DNA of 62,979 bases, counting the filler. It is 9 parts of 9 records of this genome, joined end to end, with 100 filler letters (N's around TTAATTAATTAA, not from the genome) between each part and the next. Parts side by side here need not be neighbours in the genome. Positions count along the whole stretch, not along the records: positions 6,314 to 12,959 come from SRR31156797_52713; positions 13,060 to 19,724 come from SRR31156797_52780; 7 more parts are not named here. The stretch is one strand, 5' to 3'. Below are positions 8,818 through 18,567 of the stretch, piece by piece. How positions within the stretch are numbered: position 1 is the first letter of the stretch; the number at the start of each line of letters is the position of its first letter. The notes below the pieces were generated by a model, which saw only the letters and a list, made by a program, of their open reading frames with translations, did no database searches and was not told the DNA's origin. The translations under genes were made by a program, and so were the position numbers.

Positions 8818-9277
8818 AATTAATCCGGCAGCCCTTTACATCAGGTACGGGAGTTACGCTCCTGCGCGCCAAATGACCCATTCGAAGAAAAGCCGCATGG
8901 GTCACGTTCATCAAGGGACATATATAAGGATACTCAACAACCCCTGATTCCATGATCCTTGTCGCCAGAGCCCAGCCCATGCAGTTATGAGGCATTATGC
9001 TCAGGCCCCCCTCATATTCATCTATTTCAAAAGACTCCATGAGTCCTGTTTCATCTTCAAAAATACGGCCGATTTCCATCAATATCGTTTTAGAATCCTC
9101 GCCCGCCGTTTCCAGGCCCATTTCGTTTTCCATTATCTGGAGAATGTTTTTTCCGACATCCTGCATGGCGGCCAAAGCCGTATCCCCAAAAAGATCCCAC
9201 AAGGTAGTGGACATGCCGGTTATCATAAACCCCATCACACGCATCAATTTATATTTCTTTTCTTCCTCTGTGGCCAT
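8801..9277 (-). CDS. V4R/H-NOX-like small ligand-binding-fold protein
   Basis: Helical N-terminus followed by HNC, YICPL and a terminal GCRINF cysteine pattern; GGAG RBS. Confidence 0.55.
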   Translation of the reverse strand: MATEEEKKYKLMRVMGFMITGMSTTLWDLFGDTALAAMQDVGKNILQIMENEMGLETAGEDSKTILMEIGRIFEDETGLMESFEIDEYEGGLSIMPHNCMGWALATRIMESGVVEYPYICPLMNVTHAAFLRMGHLARRSVTPVPDVKGCRINFEFVE

Positions 9278-9321
9278 TTCAGTCTCCTTGATTCAATTCA
9301 ATATATCCGGCAAGCCGGCCG

Positions 9322-10524
9322 TCAGGACAACGCACGTACGCATTTATCAACGTATTTGTTGCTTACAAGCCTCACATTTCCAAGCGTGGATTCCCGACTG
9401 ACGGCAATGCCCAGAAAATAATCCTTGGTCAGATAATGGGTCAGCACCCATGCGTTTTTTGTTTGCACCAGGTTTTCCTCAAATTCGCCCAATCCTTTCA
9501 TATCCTTTATTGATCTTTCCACGAGCTTCATGATCATGGAAAACTTGGCGTCAAAAGCCTCTACATCCGTGCCGCTTGGATTGTAATGGGCCACGCCAAT
9601 GCCATCCATACCGACTATGCCGATAGCTATCAAGCCATCGAGCTGATCCGCCATCTCCTTCAAGATCTCCTTTAAGTCAGCCATTTGGCTCCTCCCTTCC
9701 TCTTTAACCATTTTAAGGGGCCTTTCGTTCCTCACCCCTGATTCGTCGTCTTTCAAAACAAGTTCGCCGTCATAATTGTTCGAATCTTTATCCGTCCGCC
9801 CGCCTGTGTTATCGTCGTCCAAATTTGCCATCTCATCCGCCAAAGCCTCATCCTTGAACCGGGCCGCTTCAAGTATCAAAGACATCAAGCCGCTGTTTAT
9901 ACGACGTTTGTATTTCGCGTTGGCGGGAATCTGCTTTATGTTCAGCCTGACCTGGTCCCATGTCAGCATTAACAGGGCCGCTTCTTCAGCCCTCTTCTCC
10001 CCGCAAACCGCATCGTACAGCACGCCTTCATAAAGATAAAAAATCCCATTTCTTCCCCCCTGGTCCCTCACCTCCAAAAGACATGTCTTTTGTTCCATTT
10101 CTATCATTTGCAAAAAGCCGCCCACCGATACCCCCACCAGCGACCCGACTTCCGGCCCCCTTTTTAATCCTTCCTCAAAACATGTCCTTATGTCTTCGAT
10201 GTTCAACGGCTTGTGCAATATCCGCATAACCCCCATTTTCATAAGCCGCTCTTCATTTTCGGGATCATTTCCACAAATGGATGCAATACATGGCAGGGCC
10301 GGGTGTTGCTCCGAGACCTTGGTTAAAAGTTCAAACCCGTCCATATCCGGAAGGTTCAAATCGGTCAAAATCAAATCTACCGGCTTGGATGAAAGGACGG
10401 CCAAAGCCTTTTCTCCGCTCGAAGCAGTCAGCAGGCTGAAACTCTCCTCGTACGGTTTCAACCCTTGAACAACCGCATCAAGCAAGCCGGCATCGCGATC
10501 GACCAATAATACGCTTTTTGCCAT
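9322..10524 (-). CDS. Response regulator receiver + PATAN/DUF4388 + C-terminal roadblock fusion
   Basis: REC (LILTDLNLPDMDG, HKPL), DUF4388-like (FLQMIEMEQKTCLL, GVLYDA, LMSLILEAARFKDE), acidic linker, roadblock (GIVGMDGI, STLGNVRL); GGGAGG RBS before the ATG at 10524. Confidence 0.82.
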   Translation of the reverse strand: MAKSVLLVDRDAGLLDAVVQGLKPYEESFSLLTASSGEKALAVLSSKPVDLILTDLNLPDMDGFELLTKVSEQHPALPCIASICGNDPENEERLMKMGVMRILHKPLNIEDIRTCFEEGLKRGPEVGSLVGVSVGGFLQMIEMEQKTCLLEVRDQGGRNGIFYLYEGVLYDAVCGEKRAEEAALLMLTWDQVRLNIKQIPANAKYKRRINSGLMSLILEAARFKDEALADEMANLDDDNTGGRTDKDSNNYDGELVLKDDESGVRNERPLKMVKEEGRSQMADLKEILKEMADQLDGLIAIGIVGMDGIGVAHYNPSGTDVEAFDAKFSMIMKLVERSIKDMKGLGEFEENLVQTKNAWVLTHYLTKDYFLGIAVSRESTLGNVRLVSNKYVDKCVRALS

Positions 10525-10550
10525 GCACCGCCTCCCAAAGCGGCTTTTAG

Positions 10551-10567
10551 AGCAATATGAATACCAA
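10551..10567 (-). promoter_or_regulatory. Sigma54 -24/-12 promoter of the Mgl-like operon
   Basis: Minus strand TTGGTATTCATATTGCT, GG-N10-GC spacing, just upstream of the RBS and next to a sigma54 activator gene. Confidence 0.7.
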
Positions 10568-10781
10568 AAGAAAGAATAAGTTAAATTTAGTTTAATTAAA
10601 CCCTGTTTCAACTTGAGGCCCCAACAGGCCTATCACAATAACTATTTGAAACATCACCATAATTTCGACAAATGACCGAATGATGCCAACAGTGTCAAGC
10701 TGGATTTAGAAGTGCGGAATGTGGTAAGGGGGAGAATAAGAAATGGTTGGATTAATCATTTATTCTAATAGATTTACGAAC

Positions 10782-10830
10782 TGTACCATTTTGAGCGACC
10801 TAAAAAGAACTGCTGTATCATTTCAGGTCA
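10782..10830. promoter_or_regulatory. Candidate tandem enhancer (UAS) sites for the adjacent sigma54 activator
   Basis: TGTACCATTTTGAGCGA (10782) and TGTATCATTTCAGGTCA (10814), 32 bp apart, about 220 bp upstream of the sigma54 site. Confidence 0.4.
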
Positions 10831-12234
10831 CTTAAGGCCGTATTCCTTCATTTTGCGAATGAGGGTGGACCTGGATATTTCCAGGGCGGAAGCAGCCCGG
10901 GTATGATTATTATTCAGCAGATCCAAAACATTGAGAATATGCTCTTTTTCCATATCCTTAAGCGATGGAATAATTTGCGGATTATCGTCGGGCAAAACCG
11001 TTTTTTGCTGTTCCGGGTTTGATATCAACATTTTTGAAGGATAAATGGTTTCGCCCCTGTTGAGAATAATGGACCGTTCCAATACATTGCACAATTCTCT
11101 TACATTTCCGGGCCAATCGTACCGCATCAGCCTGAATATTTCTTCATCCGGCACGGTAATTTCCCGGTTAGGGGCCAGTTTTTCCATCAAATGCCGACAT
11201 AATTCCGGAATATCATCTTTTCTTTCGCGCAACGGCGGCATGTGGACAGGCAGGACGCTGAGACGGTAAAAAAGATCCCTGCGAAAATCTCCGCTGCCGA
11301 CCGCTTTTTCCAGGTCGACATTTGTCGTGGCGATTAATCGGACTTTTACTTCTCGAAACGATTCTCCACCCAACCGCATTATTTTCTTTTCATCCAAAAC
11401 AACCAAAAGTTTTGATTGAAGCCCAACCGGAAGAATGCCGATCTCCTCCAAGGCCAGCGTGCCGCCTTCCGACATTTCAAAAATGCCTTTTTTGGTTGTA
11501 ACAGCACCGGAAAAAGCTCCTTTTTCATACCCGAAAAGCTCTGATTCTATTAGGGTTTCCGGCAATGCCGCGCAATTAATCCTGATAAACGGCTTGGCCC
11601 TGTTTACACCCTTGTAATGAATCGCCTTGGCGGCCATACTTTTTCCAGTGCCTGTTTCGCCGGTTATAAGAACGTGGGCGTTAGTATGAGCGGCCATATC
11701 GATAAGCCGGTCTATCTCGGCCAGTCCGCCCTGCGCTCCAACCATATGGGATTCTTCGCGTTTCTTTTCATTGATGTAATACTGGACCTGCTCCAGGCGT
11801 TCAAGATCCATAGCCCTGAGGGCTTTGTCAACAGCCAGTTTCAATTCCTCGAATTTTACCGGCTTGGAAAGGTAATCAAACGCCCCATGCCGGATGGCCT
11901 CTACCGCGTTTTCAAAATTAGGATACCCGGTGACAAATATTATCTTGGTCTGATCGTTATGGTACAAAATAGCCGGGCATAGGTTTTTGCCCTCTATGTC
12001 AGGCAGGTTCTGATCCAAAAGAATGACATCAACCCGGTGTTGTGAACACAAATCCACGCCCTCAATGCCGGTATGGGCGAAAAGAACCCTGGTGTTTTCT
12101 CCCTTCAGCCAGGTTGAAGCCGTGCGGCAGAAGAATTCATCATCGTCAATGATCAAAACCGTCTTATTAAAATTTTCACCCGATCCGCTTTTTTGAACGG
12201 AAGCACTGTTCATTTGATCATCCGACATTTTCAA
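10828..12234 (-). CDS. NtrC-family sigma54-dependent response regulator (REC-AAA+-HTH)
   Basis: GETGTGKS, ELFGYEKGAFSGA, FRRDLFYRL, WPGNVREL and a C-terminal Fis HTH. Confidence 0.95.
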   Translation of the reverse strand: MKMSDDQMNSASVQKSGSGENFNKTVLIIDDDEFFCRTASTWLKGENTRVLFAHTGIEGVDLCSQHRVDVILLDQNLPDIEGKNLCPAILYHNDQTKIIFVTGYPNFENAVEAIRHGAFDYLSKPVKFEELKLAVDKALRAMDLERLEQVQYYINEKKREESHMVGAQGGLAEIDRLIDMAAHTNAHVLITGETGTGKSMAAKAIHYKGVNRAKPFIRINCAALPETLIESELFGYEKGAFSGAVTTKKGIFEMSEGGTLALEEIGILPVGLQSKLLVVLDEKKIMRLGGESFREVKVRLIATTNVDLEKAVGSGDFRRDLFYRLSVLPVHMPPLRERKDDIPELCRHLMEKLAPNREITVPDEEIFRLMRYDWPGNVRELCNVLERSIILNRGETIYPSKMLISNPEQQKTVLPDDNPQIIPSLKDMEKEHILNVLDLLNNNHTRAASALEISRSTLIRKMKEYGLK

Positions 12235-12295
12235 CTCCGATTTTTCCTGGTCAGGACCTTAAGAAATTGGAAAAAGCGCTATGGACAGACACAAA

Positions 12296-12959
12296 TCAGG
12301 TATTTTTTGAACTTTTCTCCAACCTGCGGACCAATGCGCTAGCAAAATTCTGGTAAAACAACAATTGCACTCTCTCCGACGATCTGTTCAGCAAAATGGA
12401 ACTGATCTTAAGCAACGTGCAGTCAGTTTCCGCCGCGACCGTGGCATGTCTCGGCTTGTTGCTTATCAGGGACATCTCGCCGAAACACTCACCGCTGTTT
12501 ATTATAGCAAGCGTGCGGCCTTCATTGGACACATTCACCCGACCGCTCAATAATATGTAAAAGACATCCTCAATATCGCCTTTCCTGATTATGGCCCGCC
12601 CCTGCCGAATCCTGACTACATTGCTCGCGGTGACCAACTCCCTCACCTGCTCTTTTGTAAAATTATGAAAAAAACTCAAATTTCGAACATTATCAAAAAA
12701 ATCCCTTGGATGGGGTGAGGTCTCGTTTACCCCCCGCAGCGCAGCCCTTAATGAAAACGCGAATTCATTGCAGTCGGGAAATCTGTTATCAGGCGACTTT
12801 TCCAACGCCTGCCTTATAATTGGACCAAAAGCAGCAGGCAGATCCGGCATCAACTCGGCAATGGGTCTCGGCGCCCTGTTCAAGACGCCGTCCTTGATTT
12901 CTTCCAGTGATTCACCTGGAAAAGCTTTTTCACCGGTCAACAGTTCGTATAAAACGCAT
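12296..12959 (-). CDS. Ser/Thr protein kinase with C-terminal cNMP-binding domain (5'-truncated)
   Basis: Kinase tail VLYELLTGEKAF...ALEKSPDNRF; cNMP domain GECFGEMSL...PRHATV. Confidence 0.85.
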
Positions 12960-13059
12960 NNNNNNNNNNNNNNNNNNNNNNNNNNNNNNNNNNNNNNNNN
13001 NNNTTAATTAATTAANNNNNNNNNNNNNNNNNNNNNNNNNNNNNNNNNNNNNNNNNNNN

Positions 13060-13079
13060 AATAACTGGAAATTATGAAT
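13060..13079 (+). repeat. Left copy of a 20-bp perfect inverted repeat bounding fragment 3
   Basis: AATAACTGGAAATTATGAAT; exact reverse complement at 19705-19724. Confidence 0.95.
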
Positions 13080-16000
13080 AACAGTGTGTTGAACAAATCT
13101 GTCTGGTCTCATTTTAAAAAAGCAGACGGACGATTTGACGGTCTTCTATTCGAAAAGCTCAGTAGCCACCTTTTATCGCGTGTTTATAAAGGAACATGGC
13201 AACAAACCAAACGCTCACATGACCGGGGACATGATTTTGAATTTTTGGGAGATTGCCCCCCCTCTAAAGTCTGGGCCGAATGTAAAATACATGATCGCAA
13301 GCTGCCGTTGACTGTGATCGGTAATACATTGGTTATGGCCCTAGTTGATTGCATAAACAAACTAATATTGATCTCTCATTCAGATCTTAGTCACGACTGC
13401 TCTTTACAGATTGCACATTTCGCTCGTCGAACCGGATGTGAAGTTGATGTTATTACCGGAGCAGGGCTTGACAATATCATCATTCAGTATCCTGAAATAA
13501 TAGAAAGAACCCTTGATTGTTTTGATAAAAGCACCCTGCCTGAAAAATGTATTACCTTACCTCCTGATGTAAAAATAGTCCCGGATTTCCAGCCGGATCT
13601 AGTTGTTCTCAGTGAACAAAATCAGCGCAGAGAGTTTGAATCGAAGGAAGCAGGTAGCCTTCCGGTGCTGCATCCCGGCAATGATTTTGTTGTGAATGTG
13701 CACGTACAAAATCTCATGAACAACCAAAGCGTAACGACTAAGGTTCGGGTAAGAACAAGCAGAGCTTTCGTTTGTTATCGTCATGAAGCGGATGAAAACG
13801 GTTATATTGAACAAGTTGTCGTTTCGGGACCTAATCAATTTTCAACAATCCCACTCCGTTTTCGAGTCGGTGACTATCCTGGAGAGTCGACACTCCCTCA
13901 AATTGAAGTCTTTGACCAACAGGGAAAATTGGTTGAAAGTTCAAAAGTTCAAGAAGTAGAGATCAGTGCGGTCCATTGGATTTCAAATCTGATAGGGAAG
14001 GCCGCAAATGATCTTGAGAAGTTAGTTGAAACATGTCGCGAACCAGATAAAATAAACTGTCTGATTGTTGACGGGCATAGTGGCGTCGGTAAAACACGTT
14101 TTCTTGCTGAAGTTGGTAGTAGATTATGGGATGAAGGGTATGATCTTTTACGTATTGACATGGAGGAGCTGTCAGGGAATGACGATGAAAATGGACTGCT
14201 ACTGAGACATATTTTAGCTCAAATTCATTCGCTTCCTCTTTTGGAGGCACCTGACTTTGAGGGCACCACTCTGCGCTTGGAAACTTTGCATGACAATGAT
14301 GCAAAATGGGTTGAACAGCTTCTGTATGATGGCGTTCGGTTGAAGGAAAAGGCTGATTTTGATCGTTGTGCCAGTATCTTAGCCAAGGGTCTTTCAAGCA
14401 AACATACAGCATTTCTGATTGATAATGCTCAGAATGTCTCCTCGACTGAACAGCAGGTATTTGAGAGACTGGGGAGTCTGGTTCAAGGAAAGGGCTCTGC
14501 GGTACTTCTATTTTCATTTAACGTGGACAAAATATACAGCGGCAGCCCGGGGAGTTCTTTATACGAATACTGCCAACTGCAATGTACTGTAAATACGAAC
14601 CAATGGGGAAAGTTTACACTAAATGATTTCAGACCCGAAGACGTTAGAACATTTTTGAATTCTGCGTTGCGGCCTCGCGATATACGTAAAACTCAATTCA
14701 CGGACGGGTTCCCACTCACCACTGCTGAGATAGAAAAGCACTGCGCACCTCGGCCACTTTATTTGTGGCATATGCTTCTTGAGCTACAAACTTCTGGAAT
14801 TCTTAAGCGAGAAGGATCTGCCTTTGTCCCCCGTAAAGCGAATGAATTTGTAGAAAGTATCAGGCGCCTTCCCGAGTTTACCCGGAACCTGCTTGAATAC
14901 CGATGGAGCTCAACTCTCGCCGAGGCCAAGGCTCCGGAAAGCCTCGAAACAATACGAACCCTTATAGGGTTATTTTTCAACGTCCCTTTTTGGGTGTTAG
15001 ATGGTTTGTCTATTCCCCTCGAACACATCAAGAAACTTGAGGATGCCGGATTCGTCCGCAGGGGTAATAACGATGATCTTTTGCCCAGCCATCAAGAAAT
15101 TTTTAGTTTATTTGAAGAGCAAAGGGTCTCAAAGATTAATGCCGGTAAAATCGCACAGGTTTTAGAGCTGCGTGGACAACAGAACCGGTATCTATATCAA
15201 TATTTTTCTTGCAGAGATATTCTAAACGATGTCGGGGACGAGCTTTTACGGCAATGTCTGTTACATCTTAAACATAGACGCGTTAAATCCGGAAAAGCTC
15301 AGGGAAGTCACTTCTTATATCGGCTTATTGTTATATTGGATGGCGGAATTGCAGCCGTTAATGATAAGGAGCGGTTGCAGTTATTGCACGGAGCCATAGA
15401 AAATCTGGCCCAGATAACGTCCAATAGCAGATTGTCTGATCCTCTTCATATTTGTTTTGAGCATGCCCGCAATTCAATTTCAGATTATAGTGATTCCGGA
15501 CAGGAATTTATACTGTTTGTCCACTTAATTTCAAATATTTGCTTTGCTCGTAATAAATACAACGATCCTTATGCACTGATGAAGGAAATTGTCACCGGTC
15601 CATACCGTTTTTCTTTTCCATCTGAAATAGAGAGAGAGCTTTGTTTCGGATCACTTCTCAATCGTTTAGGTGTTGCCGCAATGTGGGGAGCAAATCCCGA
15701 AGAAGCGTTGATGTTTGGCATGGATTGTCGAAATATTGCCCAAAACCTTATTAAACAGGAAGGATTAACTGCAGAGCACAGAGAAAGGGCTGTGGGGTTG
15801 TGCATTGAAACAGCGATAGATCTAGGTAATATCGGTGATATTATCCCAGGTAGCTGTGACATAAAAGAGATACTGGCCTATTGGCAGGAAGCCGCCGATT
15901 TATATGATACATTGCCGATATTGTCAGAGAAAAGGGATATGCTTGCTCCAATGGTTTCATTCTATAAAGCACGGGTTCTGATGGCCGAAAGCAACTGGGA

Positions 16001-16586
16001 TCAGTCACGAAATTTGCTTAAAAAGGCTATAGGGCTGGCCCGGAAAAACCGAAACGCATATCACGGCATAAGATGCACTATACTGCTTGTGATACTCAGC
16101 ATGCTTGAACAAACTGAGGATAAATCTCATAGTTTATCTTCCGGCATAAATCGTTTGCTTGACTCCGCTCTTGACTGGGCCGTGGCTTCCGGAATTTCAC
16201 ACGCAGAATGGGGAGGACTCCTGATCAGAGCACAAATTGCTTTTATTGGTGGTAATCATCATATAGCCGGAGAAATCGCACTGGATAGTTTAAAAGCTTT
16301 TTGTGCTACCTTGCCGGACGAAGCAATTATAGAACTGAGAGCCCCTTATCTTGCTGGTATCATGGCTATTTTGCAAATAGTTGAAATGGATTATGGCATA
16401 GTTACAACAGACCGTCATGGAGCTGGCTACCGTCAAATTTTTAGCACGCTCACAGCAGGTATTTTTGACCCGCCATGGGTTGAATTTGACTTCTGCGAAA
16501 CAACCTCTTCAATTCTTGAACATCTGCAGTCCATTGTTAAGGATGTTCCATATGTTCAGGGTGGACACCCGCTGCTAAGCCAATAA
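13074..16586 (+). CDS. Mrr-like PD-(D/E)xK nuclease - beta-rich domain - STAND-type NTPase - TPR-like protein
   Basis: FEKL...TKRSHDRGHDF...VWAECK nuclease motif; Walker A GHSGVGKT; Walker B FLIDNAQN; PRPLYL and PSHQEI helical/winged-helix motifs; helical-repeat C-terminus. Confidence 0.8.
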   Translation: MNNSVLNKSVWSHFKKADGRFDGLLFEKLSSHLLSRVYKGTWQQTKRSHDRGHDFEFLGDCPPSKVWAECKIHDRKLPLTVIGNTLVMALVDCINKLILISHSDLSHDCSLQIAHFARRTGCEVDVITGAGLDNIIIQYPEIIERTLDCFDKSTLPEKCITLPPDVKIVPDFQPDLVVLSEQNQRREFESKEAGSLPVLHPGNDFVVNVHVQNLMNNQSVTTKVRVRTSRAFVCYRHEADENGYIEQVVVSGPNQFSTIPLRFRVGDYPGESTLPQIEVFDQQGKLVESSKVQEVEISAVHWISNLIGKAANDLEKLVETCREPDKINCLIVDGHSGVGKTRFLAEVGSRLWDEGYDLLRIDMEELSGNDDENGLLLRHILAQIHSLPLLEAPDFEGTTLRLETLHDNDAKWVEQLLYDGVRLKEKADFDRCASILAKGLSSKHTAFLIDNAQNVSSTEQQVFERLGSLVQGKGSAVLLFSFNVDKIYSGSPGSSLYEYCQLQCTVNTNQWGKFTLNDFRPEDVRTFLNSALRPRDIRKTQFTDGFPLTTAEIEKHCAPRPLYLWHMLLELQTSGILKREGSAFVPRKANEFVESIRRLPEFTRNLLEYRWSSTLAEAKAPESLETIRTLIGLFFNVPFWVLDGLSIPLEHIKKLEDAGFVRRGNNDDLLPSHQEIFSLFEEQRVSKINAGKIAQVLELRGQQNRYLYQYFSCRDILNDVGDELLRQCLLHLKHRRVKSGKAQGSHFLYRLIVILDGGIAAVNDKERLQLLHGAIENLAQITSNSRLSDPLHICFEHARNSISDYSDSGQEFILFVHLISNICFARNKYNDPYALMKEIVTGPYRFSFPSEIERELCFGSLLNRLGVAAMWGANPEEALMFGMDCRNIAQNLIKQEGLTAEHRERAVGLCIETAIDLGNIGDIIPGSCDIKEILAYWQEAADLYDTLPILSEKRDMLAPMVSFYKARVLMAESNWDQSRNLLKKAIGLARKNRNAYHGIRCTILLVILSMLEQTEDKSHSLSSGINRLLDSALDWAVASGISHAEWGGLLIRAQIAFIGGNHHIAGEIALDSLKAFCATLPDEAIIELRAPYLAGIMAILQIVEMDYGIVTTDRHGAGYRQIFSTLTAGIFDPPWVEFDFCETTSSILEHLQSIVKDVPYVQGGHPLLSQ

Positions 16587-16590
16587 GCTG

Positions 16591-18567
16591 TTATTCTCTC
16601 CTTTCCACTTTGAACGGACCGAGAAATAATATATCCGAAAGCCCTTGGGTAAAAACATCAAGGACATCCTCCGCTGTTTCAACTATGGGTTGCCCTCGAC
16701 CATTAAGTGAAGTGTTAAGAACAACCGGAACTCCGGTTATTTTTTGAAATGATTTCAGTAATTTCGCAAAATGAGTATCTTCATCGCTAACAGTCTGTAT
16801 ACGGGAAGTCCCGTCGACATGAGTCACTCCGGGGAGTTGATCTCCTATGACTTTACCTGTGAACAGCATATATGGAGACGGCAGAGGAAGATCCTTAAAC
16901 CATTTGCCTGCTTCACTTTCCAAAACAGCAGGAGCAAAAGGGCGCCATAACTCTCTGTTTTTTGCCAGATTTACTTTCTGCCAAGTCTCAGACTTTCTTG
17001 CATCTGCAAGTAGTGACCTACGGCCCAGAGCCCGTGGACCCACCTCAGATGGACCCTGATACCAAGCTACGAGCTTGCCTTGCGCAATTGCTCTTGCAGC
17101 CTCACCGGAGACATCTGCGACCTGCGTCCATTCAATTAGCCCGGCACGTTTTTTCAGCTCAGACTTCATATCTTTAACAGAAGGACTTGCTGTGCTTAAA
17201 AACGGATGCTGTTCATGTTCTTTTCCTTCAGGCAAGTGTGCGCAGTTTTTGTATTCAGGACGAGGCACATTAAGTAAATGATGGGTTAAATAAAGAGCAG
17301 CCCCAACAGCCAATCCTCCATCATCACAGTTTGGTTCAATGAAAATCTGGTCGAAAGCACTTTCTTGCGCTATGCGTGTATTTGCCGGACAATTCAGAGA
17401 AACACCGCCGCTCAGACAAAGTCCTTCAGCTTCAAGCTCCAATCGTTGGATAATTTTAGACAGACATTCAACAGCAGCAAGTCTGTTCTCTTCAAAAATC
17501 AATTGTGCGCTTGCTGCCAAGTCCGCGTTTACAGGACTTATATATTTTTCAGGTTGCCCCAGTTTTGCAAGGTCTGCGCCATCAGAAACCATTGCGCGTA
17601 ATGCATTAACCAGAAAGCTGTGTCCTGCAGAAGGAAGCCCTCTGCTTTGAAGGTCTATATCATTACCGATGAAACGTTTATGGAAAAATCTGGGGGTCCC
17701 ATATGGAGCCAACCCCATAAGTTTTCCAGGAGTTCCAAGAACACTCAGACGCAGGAATTGTCCTGTCTCTTCATAAAAATAACCCAACGGGGCATAGTGA
17801 GGAGTTAGAGGCAGAATGCTGTTGCCATTTCCCCAAAAAAAACCTCCAACATTCAAAGGATGGGAGCTGTAATGCCCATCCTGAGTGAAAATTGCCGCTT
17901 GAGTGAATGGGCTGCGATAAAAGCTTGAAGCAGCATGGCTCACATGGTGATGAATAAAAGCTCCAGGGACAACCCGCCCTTCAAAGTTGATTTCAAGGGG
18001 CAGATGGAAGCCGTGTTTTCTTAATTGTTCTCCTTCAAGATTTGTATTTTCCGCTAGCGAGTTTAAGCCTTGAGCTGTCGGCCATAGCTGTTCGCCTGGA
18101 AAACTTTGAGGGACACCGAAATAGCAAAGCTCTTCTTTTGATAAATGACTGAATTCTTCAGTGAGAACCTTGTCTACAGGGTGCAAGGTGAATTCTTTCC
18201 CGTCAGTCTTCATCGCGTCAATGTAGTTGGCAGCAAGAGGGATCTCAGGGTCGAACCCGGGAATCCCCTTGGACAATTCAGCTGAAACTTTGGGTAAATA
18301 TTTGCATTTATAGTCGGGCTTAATTTGCATGCCTGGAACCAAAGCACATATTAAATCAGTGCCTTGCGTGCTGGTAATAGCTATGAAGTCTATGTCTGAA
18401 GAGTGCAGGCCTGCATTTTTTAAAGCTATTTTTATGCACTCCGAAGAAATAGCCATGGCATGTTTGTGCCTGACTTGGCGTTCGCGCAGGACATTAGCGG
18501 AAATTTTACCATCCTTAACAACACAAACAGAGCCGTCATGCCCAAAATGGATACCTAAAATATTCAT
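16591..18567 (-). CDS. O-carbamoyltransferase, NodU/CmcH/TobZ family
   Basis: GHDGSVC, HHVSHAASSF, GKLMGLAPYG, SGGVSLNC, EVGPRALGRRS, RELWRPFAP, HVDGTSRIQTV and LNTSLN motifs. Confidence 0.93.
   Translation of the reverse strand: MNILGIHFGHDGSVCVVKDGKISANVLRERQVRHKHAMAISSECIKIALKNAGLHSSDIDFIAITSTQGTDLICALVPGMQIKPDYKCKYLPKVSAELSKGIPGFDPEIPLAANYIDAMKTDGKEFTLHPVDKVLTEEFSHLSKEELCYFGVPQSFPGEQLWPTAQGLNSLAENTNLEGEQLRKHGFHLPLEINFEGRVVPGAFIHHHVSHAASSFYRSPFTQAAIFTQDGHYSSHPLNVGGFFWGNGNSILPLTPHYAPLGYFYEETGQFLRLSVLGTPGKLMGLAPYGTPRFFHKRFIGNDIDLQSRGLPSAGHSFLVNALRAMVSDGADLAKLGQPEKYISPVNADLAASAQLIFEENRLAAVECLSKIIQRLELEAEGLCLSGGVSLNCPANTRIAQESAFDQIFIEPNCDDGGLAVGAALYLTHHLLNVPRPEYKNCAHLPEGKEHEQHPFLSTASPSVKDMKSELKKRAGLIEWTQVADVSGEAARAIAQGKLVAWYQGPSEVGPRALGRRSLLADARKSETWQKVNLAKNRELWRPFAPAVLESEAGKWFKDLPLPSPYMLFTGKVIGDQLPGVTHVDGTSRIQTVSDEDTHFAKLLKSFQKITGVPVVLNTSLNGRGQPIVETAEDVLDVFTQGLSDILFLGPFKVERRE

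Noticed and set aside
12296-16586. Apparent linkage of the Ser/Thr kinase and Mgl operon with the nuclease-STAND gene
   Set aside because: They are separated by a spacer and belong to different contigs
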